Below are positions 1 through 9,727 of a stretch of DNA of 64,000 bases, one piece after another. Made by a program: the position numbers and the translations under genes. The stretch is taken from the NCBI GenBank assembly GCA_963830435.1, contig CAWHMA010000005.1, forward strand, positions 264,021 through 328,020, written 5' to 3'. This DNA is from an uncultured Solirubrobacterales bacterium. Its GTDB lineage: Bacteria > Actinomycetota > Thermoleophilia > Solirubrobacterales > Solirubrobacteraceae. Position 1 is the first letter of the stretch; the number at the start of each line of letters is the position of its first letter. The notes beneath the pieces are model-generated. The model saw only the letters and a program-made list of their open reading frames with translations, did not search any database and was not told where the DNA came from.

Positions 1-34
1 GGGAGCATCAACCGCTGCGGCTATCCTGACCGCG

Positions 35-1225
35 ATGTCACTTCAGATTCCGGTTGAACGAGTTCTCGCCGTAGTCCGGGACTTCCAGCTCTCGGGCGGG
101 GCAAGTCTTGGCCTCGTCGCCTGGGAGCTGTGCGTGGACGACCAAGCCGTGGCCGCGGCGTGGCGGCAATCCATTCACGACGGCCTGTTGGAGCCGGCGG
201 GACAGGATCTTCAGAGCGGCGAGGATGTCTGGCGGATCTCCCGCCGGGGGTGGGAGGCGCTTGGCGTCAATCCGGTGGCTGATCGGCGTCGAAGGGCCGC
301 AATCGATCGTCTTGGCCTGCTCAGCCGTGTCGGCGACCCGGGGCTGGCCTCGCTCACCCGCCTGGCCTCATGCGTGGTCGGCGGCTGCTCGGCGGCGGTC
401 TACATCTTCGACGACCGCTTCCCGCACCGGGTGGCCGCTCACGCCGTGCTGCCGGGCCAACAATCCGTCCACGACGCGATGTCCAGGCTGACGCTCGATC
501 GCCAAGCTCCGGTGCTGGTCAGCGATGCCACCAGCGACGATCGCTTCTCCGGCTCCCCGCTCGTGGCCGGACCCGAGCCGGTCCGCTTCTACGCGTCGAT
601 GCCGTTGCGGGCACTCGACGAGGGGGTCGTCGTGGGCACCCTGTGCACGTTCGACACCGAGCCGCGTCGGCTCACCAACGATCAGGTGGAGCTGCTTCAG
701 GCCCTGGCTCGGCAGGTCGTCTCCCAGATCGAGCTGTCCCGCTTGGCCGACGATCTCGGCCTGCTCGCCACCGATGACGCCCTCACTGGATCAGTGAACC
801 GGCTGCTGCTGACCGATCGACTGCAGCAGGCGCTCGCGCGCAGCCGAAGAAACGGCGGCGACGTGCTGGTGATGGTGCTCGACATCGACGACTTCGAGAC
901 GATCAACGCCGCCCGCGGACACGAAGCCGGAGACCAGGTGCTGATGGCGGTGGCCGAGCGCCTGCGCGGTGTGCTGCGATCCACCGACACCGTGGCCCGG
1001 TTCGGTGGCGACCAATTCGCGGTGGTCGCCGAGCTCAGGTCATCTGACGAGCTGTCCGGGACGGTGATCGATCGTCTCCGGTCCGCAGTCGGGCACACGA
1101 TCCCCTGCGGCGAGGGCGAGCTGGCAATCAACGTCAGGATCGGTGCCGCCAGCGCGCAGGCCGATGACGATCCGGCTCGGGCGCTGGCGCGTGCCGAGCG
1201 TGCGCTCGAGTCAGGGAAGCGCTGA
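35..1225 (+). CDS. GAF-GGDEF signalling protein with degenerate GGDQF active site and retained RxxD I-site
   Basis: 396-aa ORF. It has a GAF-like middle region (VYIFDD...VVGTLCTFD), then GGDEF-fold motifs DIDDFETINAARGHEAGDQVL and RSTDTVARFGGDQFAVV. Confidence 0.8.
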   Translation: MSLQIPVERVLAVVRDFQLSGGASLGLVAWELCVDDQAVAAAWRQSIHDGLLEPAGQDLQSGEDVWRISRRGWEALGVNPVADRRRRAAIDRLGLLSRVGDPGLASLTRLASCVVGGCSAAVYIFDDRFPHRVAAHAVLPGQQSVHDAMSRLTLDRQAPVLVSDATSDDRFSGSPLVAGPEPVRFYASMPLRALDEGVVVGTLCTFDTEPRRLTNDQVELLQALARQVVSQIELSRLADDLGLLATDDALTGSVNRLLLTDRLQQALARSRRNGGDVLVMVLDIDDFETINAARGHEAGDQVLMAVAERLRGVLRSTDTVARFGGDQFAVVAELRSSDELSGTVIDRLRSAVGHTIPCGEGELAINVRIGAASAQADDDPARALARAERALESGKR

Positions 1226-1366
1226 GCCGTCGATTCAGGTGTTGCAAATTGAGTATTGGGGCATCAGCGAGCCCCATCGAGTAGGCTGGCACCAGAGCAA
1301 TTTCCCATTCGCGTCGCCCCAGACCTTGGTGGCGTTGGTTTTGACGCACAACGTGTCTGGAGCATC

Positions 1367-2422
1367 ATGCGAGCTGAATACGAAGTGCCTGCCCGGGAGG
1401 GCGCAGCGGCAAGCGCGGAGACCCCGAGGCCACGGCGCAAGCCGCCCTACTGGCGCGAAGCACTAGCTCCCTACGCGGAGCCCCATCACGGACGCAGCCT
1501 GCTGCAGGTGGCGACCTCGGTCGTGCCCTACCTGGTCCTGTCGGTGGCAATGTACCTGTTGCTGGAGGTGTCGATCCCGCTGGTGCTCGTGCTTGCCGTC
1601 CCCACCGGGGGCTTTCTGGTCCGAACCTTCATTCTCTTTCACGACTGCTCGCACGGCTCGCTGCTCAGATCCAAGCGCGCCAACGCATGGCTAGGGGCGT
1701 TCCTGGGTTTGCTCGTGCTTTCTCCGTTCCGGCGCTGGCGCCACGACCATGCAATCCATCACGCCAGCTCCGGCGATCTCGAACGTCGAGGCGTCGGGGA
1801 CGTCGTCACGATGACCGTCGCCGAGTATCAGTCGCGCTCGCCGCGGCAGAGGCTCGCCTACCGAGCGATTCGCAATCCGCTGGTGATGTTCGGCATCGGT
1901 CCGATCATCGCCATGATCATCGGGCCGCGGCTGGTCACGCGCTCGCAGCGTCCGCGCCTTCGTCACAGCGTGCTCGCCACCGACGCCGCGCTGTTGATGG
2001 TCGTCGCCGCGCTGTGCTGGTTGATCGGCTGGGAGGCGTTCCTGCTCGTCTGGGCACCGGCGGCGCTGCTCGCCGGCTCAGCCGGGATCTGGCTGTTCTA
2101 CGTCCAGCATCAGTTCGAGGCCGCGTACTGGCAGAGCTCTGATCAGTGGACCTACGCCGACGCCGCGCTCCTTGGCAGCTCGTACCTGAAGCTGCCGAGA
2201 CTGCTGCAGTTCTTCTCCGGCAACATCGGCTTACACCACATCCACCACCTCAACGCGCGCATTCCCAACTACAACCTCCAGCGCGCGCACGACGAGAACC
2301 CGATGCTCCAGGACGTGCCGACGCTGTCGCTGGCTGACGGCCTACGCGCGGTGCGCCTCAAGCTCTGGGACGAGGAGCGCGGTCGCCTGGTCGGGTTCAA
2401 GCAGGCGCGGGCGCTGGCTTAG
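1367..2422 (+). CDS. membrane fatty-acid desaturase
   Basis: Three histidine boxes (HDCSHGS, HDHAIHH, HHIHHLN) and TM segments. Start moved to in-frame ATG 1367 (MRAEYE) within the 1256..2422 ORF. Confidence 0.85.
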   Translation: MRAEYEVPAREGAAASAETPRPRRKPPYWREALAPYAEPHHGRSLLQVATSVVPYLVLSVAMYLLLEVSIPLVLVLAVPTGGFLVRTFILFHDCSHGSLLRSKRANAWLGAFLGLLVLSPFRRWRHDHAIHHASSGDLERRGVGDVVTMTVAEYQSRSPRQRLAYRAIRNPLVMFGIGPIIAMIIGPRLVTRSQRPRLRHSVLATDAALLMVVAALCWLIGWEAFLLVWAPAALLAGSAGIWLFYVQHQFEAAYWQSSDQWTYADAALLGSSYLKLPRLLQFFSGNIGLHHIHHLNARIPNYNLQRAHDENPMLQDVPTLSLADGLRAVRLKLWDEERGRLVGFKQARALA

Positions 2423-2464
2423 TCTGGAGGATCGATCGTGTAGCTGGAGCGCCAGGGAGGAGGA

Positions 2465-3175
2465 TTGGGCGAGGATCGGTTGAGCATCGTGATGCGAGCG
2501 GTCCGCGGCCTCGATGGCGAGGATTCGGGGTCGGTGATCGGTCGCGTCTGCGCGGCGGCGACGTCGCTCCTGTCGGCCACGGCCGCCGGAATCTCGTTGA
2601 TGGTCGACGGAGAGCTGCGTGGGTCCGCGGGCGTGTCAGAGAAGGGGATCGCCGCCGTGCAGGAGCTGCAGCTCGAGCTCGGCCAGGGCCCGTGTATCGA
2701 GGCGTGGAAGATCAGGGCGGTGGTGATGGAGCCGGACCTGGCCGATCCGGCGGTTGTCCGCTGGCCGGCATTTGCCCAGGCCGGAGTGCGGGAGGGCGTG
2801 AGGGCGGTGTTCGCCTTCCCGCTGACCTTGGGGGCCCTCCGGGTGGGAGTCCTGGTCCTGTATCGCGCTCGGCCGGGCCCGCTGGGCGCCGATGAGCTGG
2901 CCTATGGGCTCGTCGTCGCCGATGTCGCTACGCACCTGGTTCTCGGCCTGCAGACCGATGTTCCTGTGGGGACGCTGCACGAGCTGCTCGCCGGCCAGCC
3001 ACCCCAGTGGGCGGAGATCCATCAGGCCACGGGTATCGTCTCGGTCCAGCTCGAAGTTCCCCTCAAGGATGCCTTCGTCCGTCTGCGCGCCCACGCCTTC
3101 GCCGCCGACATTCCGCTGCGGGATGTGGCTGGTGAGGTTGTCGCCGGGCGTCTTCACCTCGAACAATCGGCGTAG
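2465..3175 (+). CDS. GAF-ANTAR RNA-binding (antiterminator-type) regulator
   Basis: GAF-like N-terminal half. C-terminal ANTAR signature HQATGIVSVQLEVPLKDAFVRLRAHAFAADIPLRDVA. TTG start lies just after GGGAGGAGG; start is uncertain (ATG 2492 is an alternative). Confidence 0.8.
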   Translation: MGEDRLSIVMRAVRGLDGEDSGSVIGRVCAAATSLLSATAAGISLMVDGELRGSAGVSEKGIAAVQELQLELGQGPCIEAWKIRAVVMEPDLADPAVVRWPAFAQAGVREGVRAVFAFPLTLGALRVGVLVLYRARPGPLGADELAYGLVVADVATHLVLGLQTDVPVGTLHELLAGQPPQWAEIHQATGIVSVQLEVPLKDAFVRLRAHAFAADIPLRDVAGEVVAGRLHLEQSA

Positions 3176-3220
3176 CCCGACACCACGGACCCGATAAATG
3201 AGGTAAAAGATGGTGAACCG

Positions 3221-3949
3221 ATGACCCGAGAGCAACGGATCGTCGCCGCATTCGTGGAACTTGCCGACCCGCTGGCTGCGGACTTTGACGTGGTCGAGTT
3301 CCTGCACCGACTGGCTGAGCGCTGCGTGGAGCTTCTGGATTGTGCCGAGGCGGGCCTGCTGCTGGCCGACGCCGCCGGTCTGCTGCGCGTCATGGCCTCC
3401 TCCAGCGAGCGCGCGGACGCGCTCGAGCTGCTGCAGTCCCAGAACCACGAGGGGCCCTGCCACGAGTGCTACCACCGGGGCGAGCCGGTGTTCAGCGACG
3501 ATCTCGAAGCCGATGTCGGCCGCTGGCCGACCTTCTCCCCGGCGGCCCTCCGAAGCGGCTTTCGCTCCGTACAGGCCCTGCCGATGCGCGTCCGGGGCGA
3601 GACCGTCGGCGCGCTGAACCTGTTCCGCAGCCAGCCGGGGCGCCTGGAGGCGCCAGATCTTCCGCTGGGCCAAGGCTTGGCCGACGTCGCTGCCGTCGCC
3701 CTGGTGCAGGAGCGGGTGGCCCGGGAGTCGCGGGAGGTGATCGCGCAGCTGCAGGAAGCCCTCACCAGCCGCGTGGTCATCGAGCAGGCCAAGGGCGTGC
3801 TCGCCGAGCGTGGCCAGATCGACATCGATGCGGCGTTTGCGAGATTGCGCGCTCATGCTCGGCACAGCAACCGACGGCTCTCGGACGTGGCCCGGGACCT
3901 GATCAACGGCCGGCTCGATGCTGTCCTGCTGGCCGAACCGACCGGCTGA
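3221..3949 (+). CDS. GAF-ANTAR RNA-binding regulator (paralog of 2465..3175)
   Basis: ANTAR signature IEQAKGVLAERGQIDIDAAFARLRAHARHSNRRLSDVARDL after a GAF-like domain. Confidence 0.85.
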   Translation: MTREQRIVAAFVELADPLAADFDVVEFLHRLAERCVELLDCAEAGLLLADAAGLLRVMASSSERADALELLQSQNHEGPCHECYHRGEPVFSDDLEADVGRWPTFSPAALRSGFRSVQALPMRVRGETVGALNLFRSQPGRLEAPDLPLGQGLADVAAVALVQERVARESREVIAQLQEALTSRVVIEQAKGVLAERGQIDIDAAFARLRAHARHSNRRLSDVARDLINGRLDAVLLAEPTG

Positions 3950-3972
3950 TTCGGCTGCTCGGCACGCCGGAG

Positions 3973-4698
3973 ATGAGCACATCGACCCGACCGCGCCAGT
4001 CCGACCTGGAGTCGCTGCGGAGTGGGGCCGGAAGCGTTCGCCATCCGCTGACCCGGGCGCTGCTGGTCCTGACCTTCACCACCGGTCTGGTCGATGCTGT
4101 CAGCTATCTCGGCCTCGGCCGTGTGTTCACCGCCAACATGACCGGCAACATCGTGCTGCTCGGCTTCGGCATCGCCGGCGCCGGCGGATTGCCGGTCCTG
4201 GCCCCCTTGATCTCACTTGGCTGCTTCCTCCTGGGCGCCGGGGCCGGCGGCCTGTTGGCCAAGCGGTTTAAGGACCGCCACACTGAGCACATCGCCCACG
4301 CGCTGGTGATCGAGGTGTCGTTGGTCGGCGTGGCAGCCGTCTTTGCCGTCTTCGTCGCCGTACGCCCGGGCGCTGCCTCCGGAGACCTCGTGATCGCCCT
4401 GCTGGCGTTCGCGATGGGCGTTCGCAACGCCACCGTACGACTCATCGCCGTGCCCGACCTGACCACCACGGTGCTCACTATGACCCTGACCGGGCTGGCC
4501 GCTGACTCACCCCCCACTGGGGGGTCGGGCAAAGGCTCGCTGCGCCGCCTCGCCGCCGTTGTCGCCATGCTGGTCGGCGCGCTGGCCGGCGCTTTGCTGC
4601 TGAAGACGAGCCTCGTCCTTCCGCTGGCGGCGACGGCTGCGTTGGTGATGGTCACCTGGCTGGTCTATGTCCCGGCCGCCCGGCGGGCGATCACATGA
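3973..4698 (+). CDS. YoaK/DUF1275-family integral membrane protein
   Basis: LTFTTGLVDAVSYLGLGRVFTANMTGNIVLLGFG motif and multiple TM helices. ATG 3973 was chosen; the upstream part of ORF 3340..4698 overlaps the ANTAR gene in another frame. Confidence 0.75.
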   Translation: MSTSTRPRQSDLESLRSGAGSVRHPLTRALLVLTFTTGLVDAVSYLGLGRVFTANMTGNIVLLGFGIAGAGGLPVLAPLISLGCFLLGAGAGGLLAKRFKDRHTEHIAHALVIEVSLVGVAAVFAVFVAVRPGAASGDLVIALLAFAMGVRNATVRLIAVPDLTTTVLTMTLTGLAADSPPTGGSGKGSLRRLAAVVAMLVGALAGALLLKTSLVLPLAATAALVMVTWLVYVPAARRAIT

Positions 4699-5417
4699 GT
4701 GGGACCGCCCTGGTCACCGGTGCGGCCAGCGGCATAGGAGCGGCGATCTCGTCCCGGCTGGACGCGGACGGGTGGGATGTCCTGAGCGTCGACCTGCGCG
4801 GGGACGTGGCGTTGCAAGCCGACCTGACCACGCGCGAGGGCAACCAGCGTGCCGTGGCGGCGGCGCTCGAGCGGTTTGGCCGTCTCGATGCGGTGGTCCC
4901 CAACGCCGGGTTCCAGCATGTCGCCGCGGTGGCTGAGTTCCCAGAAGACCGGTGGGACCAGATGCTCGCGCTGCTGCTCACGAGTCCCTTCCTCCTGGCT
5001 CGCTACGCCTGGCCTCACCTGCTCGCCGCCGACGAGGGCCGCTTCGTGGCCATTGCCTCGGTTCACGGCCTGGTCGCGTCGCCCTTCAAGTCGGCTTACG
5101 TGGCGGCCAAGCACGGGCTCCTGGGACTGGTCAAGACGCTCGCGCTGGAGGGGGCGGACGAGGGCATTACGGCCACTGCGGTGTGCCCGGCCTACGTGCG
5201 CACGCCGCTGGTCGAAGCTCAGGTGGCCGACCAGGCCAGGGCGCATGGACTAGGCTCGGAGCAGGTGCTCGAGGAGGTGATTCTGGCCCCGCACGCAGTC
5301 AAGCGGCTGATCGAGCCGGACGAGGTCGCCGCCGTGGTGGCCTTCCTCCTGTCCCCGGCTGGACGAGCGTTCACCGGGGCGCCGGTCACGATGGACCAGG
5401 GCTGGACGGCGCGCTGA
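4695..5417 (+). CDS. short-chain dehydrogenase/reductase (3-hydroxybutyrate dehydrogenase-like)
   Basis: TGAASGIGAA dinucleotide motif and YVAAKHG catalytic Y-x3-K. ATGA overlap with the upstream gene. Confidence 0.85.
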   Translation: MSGTALVTGAASGIGAAISSRLDADGWDVLSVDLRGDVALQADLTTREGNQRAVAAALERFGRLDAVVPNAGFQHVAAVAEFPEDRWDQMLALLLTSPFLLARYAWPHLLAADEGRFVAIASVHGLVASPFKSAYVAAKHGLLGLVKTLALEGADEGITATAVCPAYVRTPLVEAQVADQARAHGLGSEQVLEEVILAPHAVKRLIEPDEVAAVVAFLLSPAGRAFTGAPVTMDQGWTAR

Positions 5418-5434
5418 GTCCCGGCGGTGCCCGA

Positions 5435-6196
5435 TCAGGCGCCCACCCGCTTGCGAGCGCCGACGAACTGTGCGGCTCCCGTCACCTGCTGGCGGACCTC
5501 GTGCAGGCCGCCGCGGCGAAACGCGTCGGTAATCTCATTGCGTCCGAACAAGCGGATCCCGCTTGGCGCGGCGGCCAGGCCGGCGACGGGCCGCAGGATG
5601 TCGGGCCCGCGGTGACAGCTCGTGAGCACGGCCACTCGCCCCCCGGGAGCGAGAACGCGGATCATCTCGGCGATTGCCGTGAACGGCTCGTCCATCAGAT
5701 ACAGGGCGGCATAGCAGCAGACGGCGTGGAAGCTCGCGTCGCGGAATGGCAACCGCTGCGCATCCGCCCGGACGTAGGCGGCATTGGCGGCGTCGGTGTC
5801 CGTCATCGCTTGGCCGAGCATCGTCGCTGACGCGTCGAGACCGACCACCAATCCCGAGTTGCCGACCGGCTGGAGCAGCCGCCGGGTCACGTTGCCCGGC
5901 CCGCAGGCGACATCGAGCACCACGTCGCCGGGAGCGAGCTCCAACTCGTAGGTGGTCTTGCTCTCGAGCGCTCCACCGACTCCGAGCGTCCCGAAGGCCA
6001 GGCGCACGCCGACCGGTCGCCACAGTCGCTCGTAGACGATCGGCAGGGTACGGCTGGTCATCGCCCGCTGGCCCAACGAGCGGGGGCCAGGGGTCGTCCG
6101 CCCGAGAAGGTCCAAGTAGCCGTGCTGGACGTCGGGGCTGAGAGGTGGTTTCTCCAGCAGCGCGAGCGCGCGGTCGATGGCGGGGGATGAGACCAC
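5435..6196 (-). CDS. class I SAM-dependent methyltransferase
   Basis: Motif I VLDVACGPGNVT, later LAPGGRVAV. GTG start. Confidence 0.8.
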   Translation of the reverse strand: MVSSPAIDRALALLEKPPLSPDVQHGYLDLLGRTTPGPRSLGQRAMTSRTLPIVYERLWRPVGVRLAFGTLGVGGALESKTTYELELAPGDVVLDVACGPGNVTRRLLQPVGNSGLVVGLDASATMLGQAMTDTDAANAAYVRADAQRLPFRDASFHAVCCYAALYLMDEPFTAIAEMIRVLAPGGRVAVLTSCHRGPDILRPVAGLAAAPSGIRLFGRNEITDAFRRGGLHEVRQQVTGAAQFVGARKRVGA

Positions 6197-6454
6197 TCCC
6201 GTGGGTCAGCTGGCCCCGGAGGTCAGGAGTCGTGACAGCGTCATGCGCCAGTCGTCCGAGCTCGAGGGAAAGCTGTGCCGTCGCCACTGTCGAACTCGCG
6301 GATTGTCAAGAGTCATGGGACAAGCATGGCATCGTGCTGGTGAACAGGGCAAACGCTGCCGCCTGTCGGCTCGTCCGGTTGCGGACCTCGTTGACGCTGG
6401 CGCAACACGCTGGTCGCGATGCTGCCCGCGTTATCCAAACTGAGGAAAGGATCT

Positions 6455-7471
6455 ATGTCCAGAGCCAAGCGGTCACGAGGACCTGGGCTGACCAGGTATA
6501 CAGCTGTGCTGGGGGCGGTCATCGCGGCCGGCTGTGGGGGAACGGCGATGATGGCGAGCGGTAGCGCCGGCGCCAGCGCCAGCAAGTACGCGACGACGCC
6601 CACGTCCGGTGGCCCAGTCAATCCGAGGGCCGTTCCGTTGGGCGATGGATATGTGGGTACGACGCCAAGAGTCGGCTATGTCGACTCGTGTGTCACGCAT
6701 TTCGGCGGGATCGGGGGCGCCCGGGTGGCGGGACCATGGATCAACACGCGGGCCAAGACGTGGAACTACACGACGAAGCTAGCCGTCAACGGGGCGATCC
6801 ACTGGCCGAACGCGTCGTATTCAGCCACGGTCGTGAGCGGCAAGCGGGTGTTGAAATTCAACGATCTCCCGACCAACCACAGCACGGGCGTGTTTCCGAT
6901 AGCGAGCAGCGATCCCGCCTACAAGTACGACCAGAACGGCAACCACATCGCGGCGCAGAGCTTCACCTGGAGCCTGACGCTCAACCCGACGGCGGCCAGC
7001 AAGCCATCGTGCTCGGGCGGCGGTCCGATCGGCGTGCTGGGCGATGGCGTGGTGCTGTACAACGCGCTCGATGGCGAGGGTCGCGACGCAGGCGCCCACG
7101 AGGTTCTCGACGTATGTGCCGGGCATCCGGATCCGTCGGATACCTATCACCACCATGACATCCCGCCGTGCATCCTCAGCAAGGCCGGCAACGGCCGGGC
7201 GACGCTGGTTGGGTACGCGCTCGACGGCTACGGCATCTATGTCGTCAAGAGCGCCAAGGGCACGCTGCCGACCAACACCTCGCTCGACGCTTGCCACGGA
7301 ACGACGAGCAGGGTCCTGTGGAACGGCCACTTGACGCGGGTCTACCACTACGTGGCCACCCTCGAGTACCCATACACGGTTGGGTGCTTCCATGGCAGCC
7401 CGATCAGCAGCGGCCACGGCGGCGGGGGCGGGGGCGGGGCCGGGGGTCATGGCGGTCCCCCTGGGCCCTGA
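6455..7471 (+). CDS. YHYH-domain secreted lipoprotein
   Basis: Signal peptide with lipobox (VIAAGC), YHHHD and VYHYVATLEYPYTVGCFHG motifs, and a Gly-rich tail. SD GAGGAAAGG precedes ATG 6455. Confidence 0.75.
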   Translation: MSRAKRSRGPGLTRYTAVLGAVIAAGCGGTAMMASGSAGASASKYATTPTSGGPVNPRAVPLGDGYVGTTPRVGYVDSCVTHFGGIGGARVAGPWINTRAKTWNYTTKLAVNGAIHWPNASYSATVVSGKRVLKFNDLPTNHSTGVFPIASSDPAYKYDQNGNHIAAQSFTWSLTLNPTAASKPSCSGGGPIGVLGDGVVLYNALDGEGRDAGAHEVLDVCAGHPDPSDTYHHHDIPPCILSKAGNGRATLVGYALDGYGIYVVKSAKGTLPTNTSLDACHGTTSRVLWNGHLTRVYHYVATLEYPYTVGCFHGSPISSGHGGGGGGGAGGHGGPPGP

Positions 7472-7492
7472 TTCGACCGGGATACTGACTGG

Positions 7493-8111
7493 ATGCGCGT
7501 CCTGATCGTCGAGGACGAGATCCAGCTGGCGCAGGCCCTGGCCCCGGGCCTGCGCCGCTTCGGATTCGTGGTTGACGTGGCCAGCGACGGCGACAGCGGC
7601 TTGCGCAAGGCGATCGTCGTCGACTACGACGCGATCGTGCTCGACCGCGATCTGCCGGTCGTGCACGGTGATGAGGTCTGCCGCCGACTCAACGACGATG
7701 GTCATCCGGCCCGGATCTTGATGCTGACCGCAGCGGGCGAGCTTGACGAAATCATCGGCGGCCTCGACATTGGCGCCGAGGACTATCTCGTCAAGCCGGT
7801 TCGGCTCGCCGAGCTCGGCGCTCGGTTGAGGGCGCTGAGGCGCCGCGATGTCCGTCCGTCGCCGGCACTGCTCAGTTACGGTGAGCTGGAGCTCGACCCG
7901 GGGCGGCTGCTTGCTTCCCGCGCTGGCCGGAGGCTGACCCTGACGCCGCGCGAGTGCGCCGTACTGGAGCTGCTCATCCGGGCGGAGGGCCGCGTGGTCA
8001 GCGCCGAGGAGCTCCTGCACCGGGCCTGGGACGAGAACGCGGATCCCTTCACCTCCGCCGTGCGGGTGATCATTCTCGGAGCTCCGAGCCGTCGGCCCGC
8101 GGATCGGAACC
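7493..8111 (+). pseudogene. OmpR-family response regulator with disrupted C-terminal winged helix
   Basis: Intact receiver (VEDE, VLDRDLP, LMLTA, YLVKP) and the start of the wHTH (ELDPGRLLASRAGRRLTLTPRECAVLELL). After DPFTSAVRVII the frame stops resembling OmpR and reads through to 8524. An ISELRAVGPRIGT-like continuation sits in another frame. Confidence 0.55.
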
Positions 8112-8624
8112 ATGCTCGACCGCGGAGAAGCACTGGTCAGCGCCCTGCTGACCCTATCGCGCTCGGAAGCGGTTGGCGCGCGTACATCCACAGATCTCGC
8201 GGCGATTGCCCGCGATGTCATCACGGCCACGCCCGAGGCGGGACGTCTGGAACTCCGGCTCGCGTTGGCAACGGCTCCGGTGCAAGGGGATCCGACGCTG
8301 CTCGAGCGCCTGGCCGGCAACCTGATCGAGAACGCTGTCCGCTACAACGTTTCCGGAGGACTGCTCTCGATTTCGACCGCGACCAGCAACGGAAGCAGCA
8401 CAATGATCGTCGCCAACGACGGGACCGTGCTGAGAGCGAGCGAAGTCCCGACGCTGCTCGAACGGTTCCACCGTCACGAACAACGAACCGGAACCGGCTT
8501 CGGCCTCGGCCTCCCGATCGCTGATGCGATCGCGCGCGGTCACGGCGGGACCCTGGCGCTGCGACCGCGGCTCCAGGGAGGGCTGGAGGCGGGTAACACT
8601 GCCTCTGGGAAGGATTCCGGTTAG
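8112..8624 (+). pseudogene. histidine kinase fragment (catalytic ATPase half only)
   Basis: N box NLIENAVRYN, F box LLERFHR, G2 box GTGFGLGLPIA. No TM, HAMP or H-box. It begins about 30 nt after the point where the regulator frame degenerates. Confidence 0.55.
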
Positions 8625-8642
8625 TCTTCCGTCCGATTAGTC

Positions 8643-9668
8643 ATGATCGATCGCCGCCGCCGCTACGGGTCCATGGTCGCCGCGCTCAGCGCGGTCGCAG
8701 TGCCGTTACCGGCGCGGCTGATCCATGTCGAGAAGACGAGCCAGCGATCAGACGCGCATGCTCGGACGCTGAGACGCGGGCGGTCCACATCGTCCCCCTT
8801 GCCTGGGCTCCCAATCGGCGTGCACGGGACTACGAGCTCTGGAGTCCTGCCGAAGCTCACCGTCGTCATGTCTCCCGCGGACCCGCTCGCTGGCCAAAGC
8901 GTGCGCTTTCGGGTGCTCGCGGCCGGAGCTGTGTCGGCCGACTATCGATGGGATCTCGACGGAAGCGGCAGATACGCCGTCGACACCCGGACCGCCGCCT
9001 CGGTGACGCACGTCTATCGATCGGCAGGGGTTCGAGCGGTGTCGGTGCGCATCACCGAAGGCGCGAGGACGCGGTTAGCCAAGGTGACGGTGGTCGTGCG
9101 GGCCCGGCCCCAACGCGGCTCGCGACCGTCAGTCGTCGCTGCCTCTGAGCGGCGGATGGTCAACAGTTTTGGCGTGTTCCGAGCCCGGATAGCAGGCGAT
9201 CCACCGGTGACGATCATTGATTTCGCCTTTGCGCCTGCCACCACGACGATTCACGTTGGCGACACCATCACCTGGACCAACACCGGGTCCGCCCCCCACA
9301 CGGCGACTGCGCGAAACGGCAGCTTCGACACCGGCATCCTGAACAAAGGGCAGAGCGCGTCCCATACCTTCACCCAGGCGGGCACATTCGCCTACTACTG
9401 CACCGTCCATCCCTTCATGAAGGGCACGATCGTCGTCACCGGCTCGGGCAGCTCCGCCACGACAGCCGCGGCAAACACTTCGGGTAGCACCGGGACGACC
9501 AGCTCTGCCCCGGCGGCAGCCGGTGGGTCCACGACCGGCAGCTCCACCACGGCTGGCCAGAGCGGGGGGTCCTTGCCCATGACCGGGCTCGACCTGAAGA
9601 GGCTGGTCCTCACCGGACTCCTGCTGGGCGCGATCGGAGTGACCATCCGGCGCGCCGTCTCGGCATAG
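8643..9668 (+). CDS. secreted PKD-domain/type-1 copper (cupredoxin) protein with LPXTG-type sorting signal
   Basis: PKD-like YRWDLDGSG...VTHVYRSAGVRAVSV. Amicyanin-like Cu site APHT...YYCTVHPFMKG. S/T/G-rich linker, then LPMTG (9573-9587), a hydrophobic stretch and an RRAVSA tail. Confidence 0.75.
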   Translation: MIDRRRRYGSMVAALSAVAVPLPARLIHVEKTSQRSDAHARTLRRGRSTSSPLPGLPIGVHGTTSSGVLPKLTVVMSPADPLAGQSVRFRVLAAGAVSADYRWDLDGSGRYAVDTRTAASVTHVYRSAGVRAVSVRITEGARTRLAKVTVVVRARPQRGSRPSVVAASERRMVNSFGVFRARIAGDPPVTIIDFAFAPATTTIHVGDTITWTNTGSAPHTATARNGSFDTGILNKGQSASHTFTQAGTFAYYCTVHPFMKGTIVVTGSGSSATTAAANTSGSTGTTSSAPAAAGGSTTGSSTTAGQSGGSLPMTGLDLKRLVLTGLLLGAIGVTIRRAVSA

Positions 9669-9727
9669 GAGCCGCAAGTCGGCAACGAGGTCAGCGGCTG
9701 CGGGGCGCGGCCGCCAAGGCCGGGGAC

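Noticed and set aside
2636-3982. 448-aa minus-strand ORF
   Set aside because: It is antisense to the two GAF-ANTAR genes, which carry clear domain signatures. It is a shadow ORF.
6821-8320. 499-aa minus-strand ORF
   Set aside because: It is antisense to the YHYH and response-regulator genes, has no recognisable motifs and has typical high-GC shadow-ORF composition.
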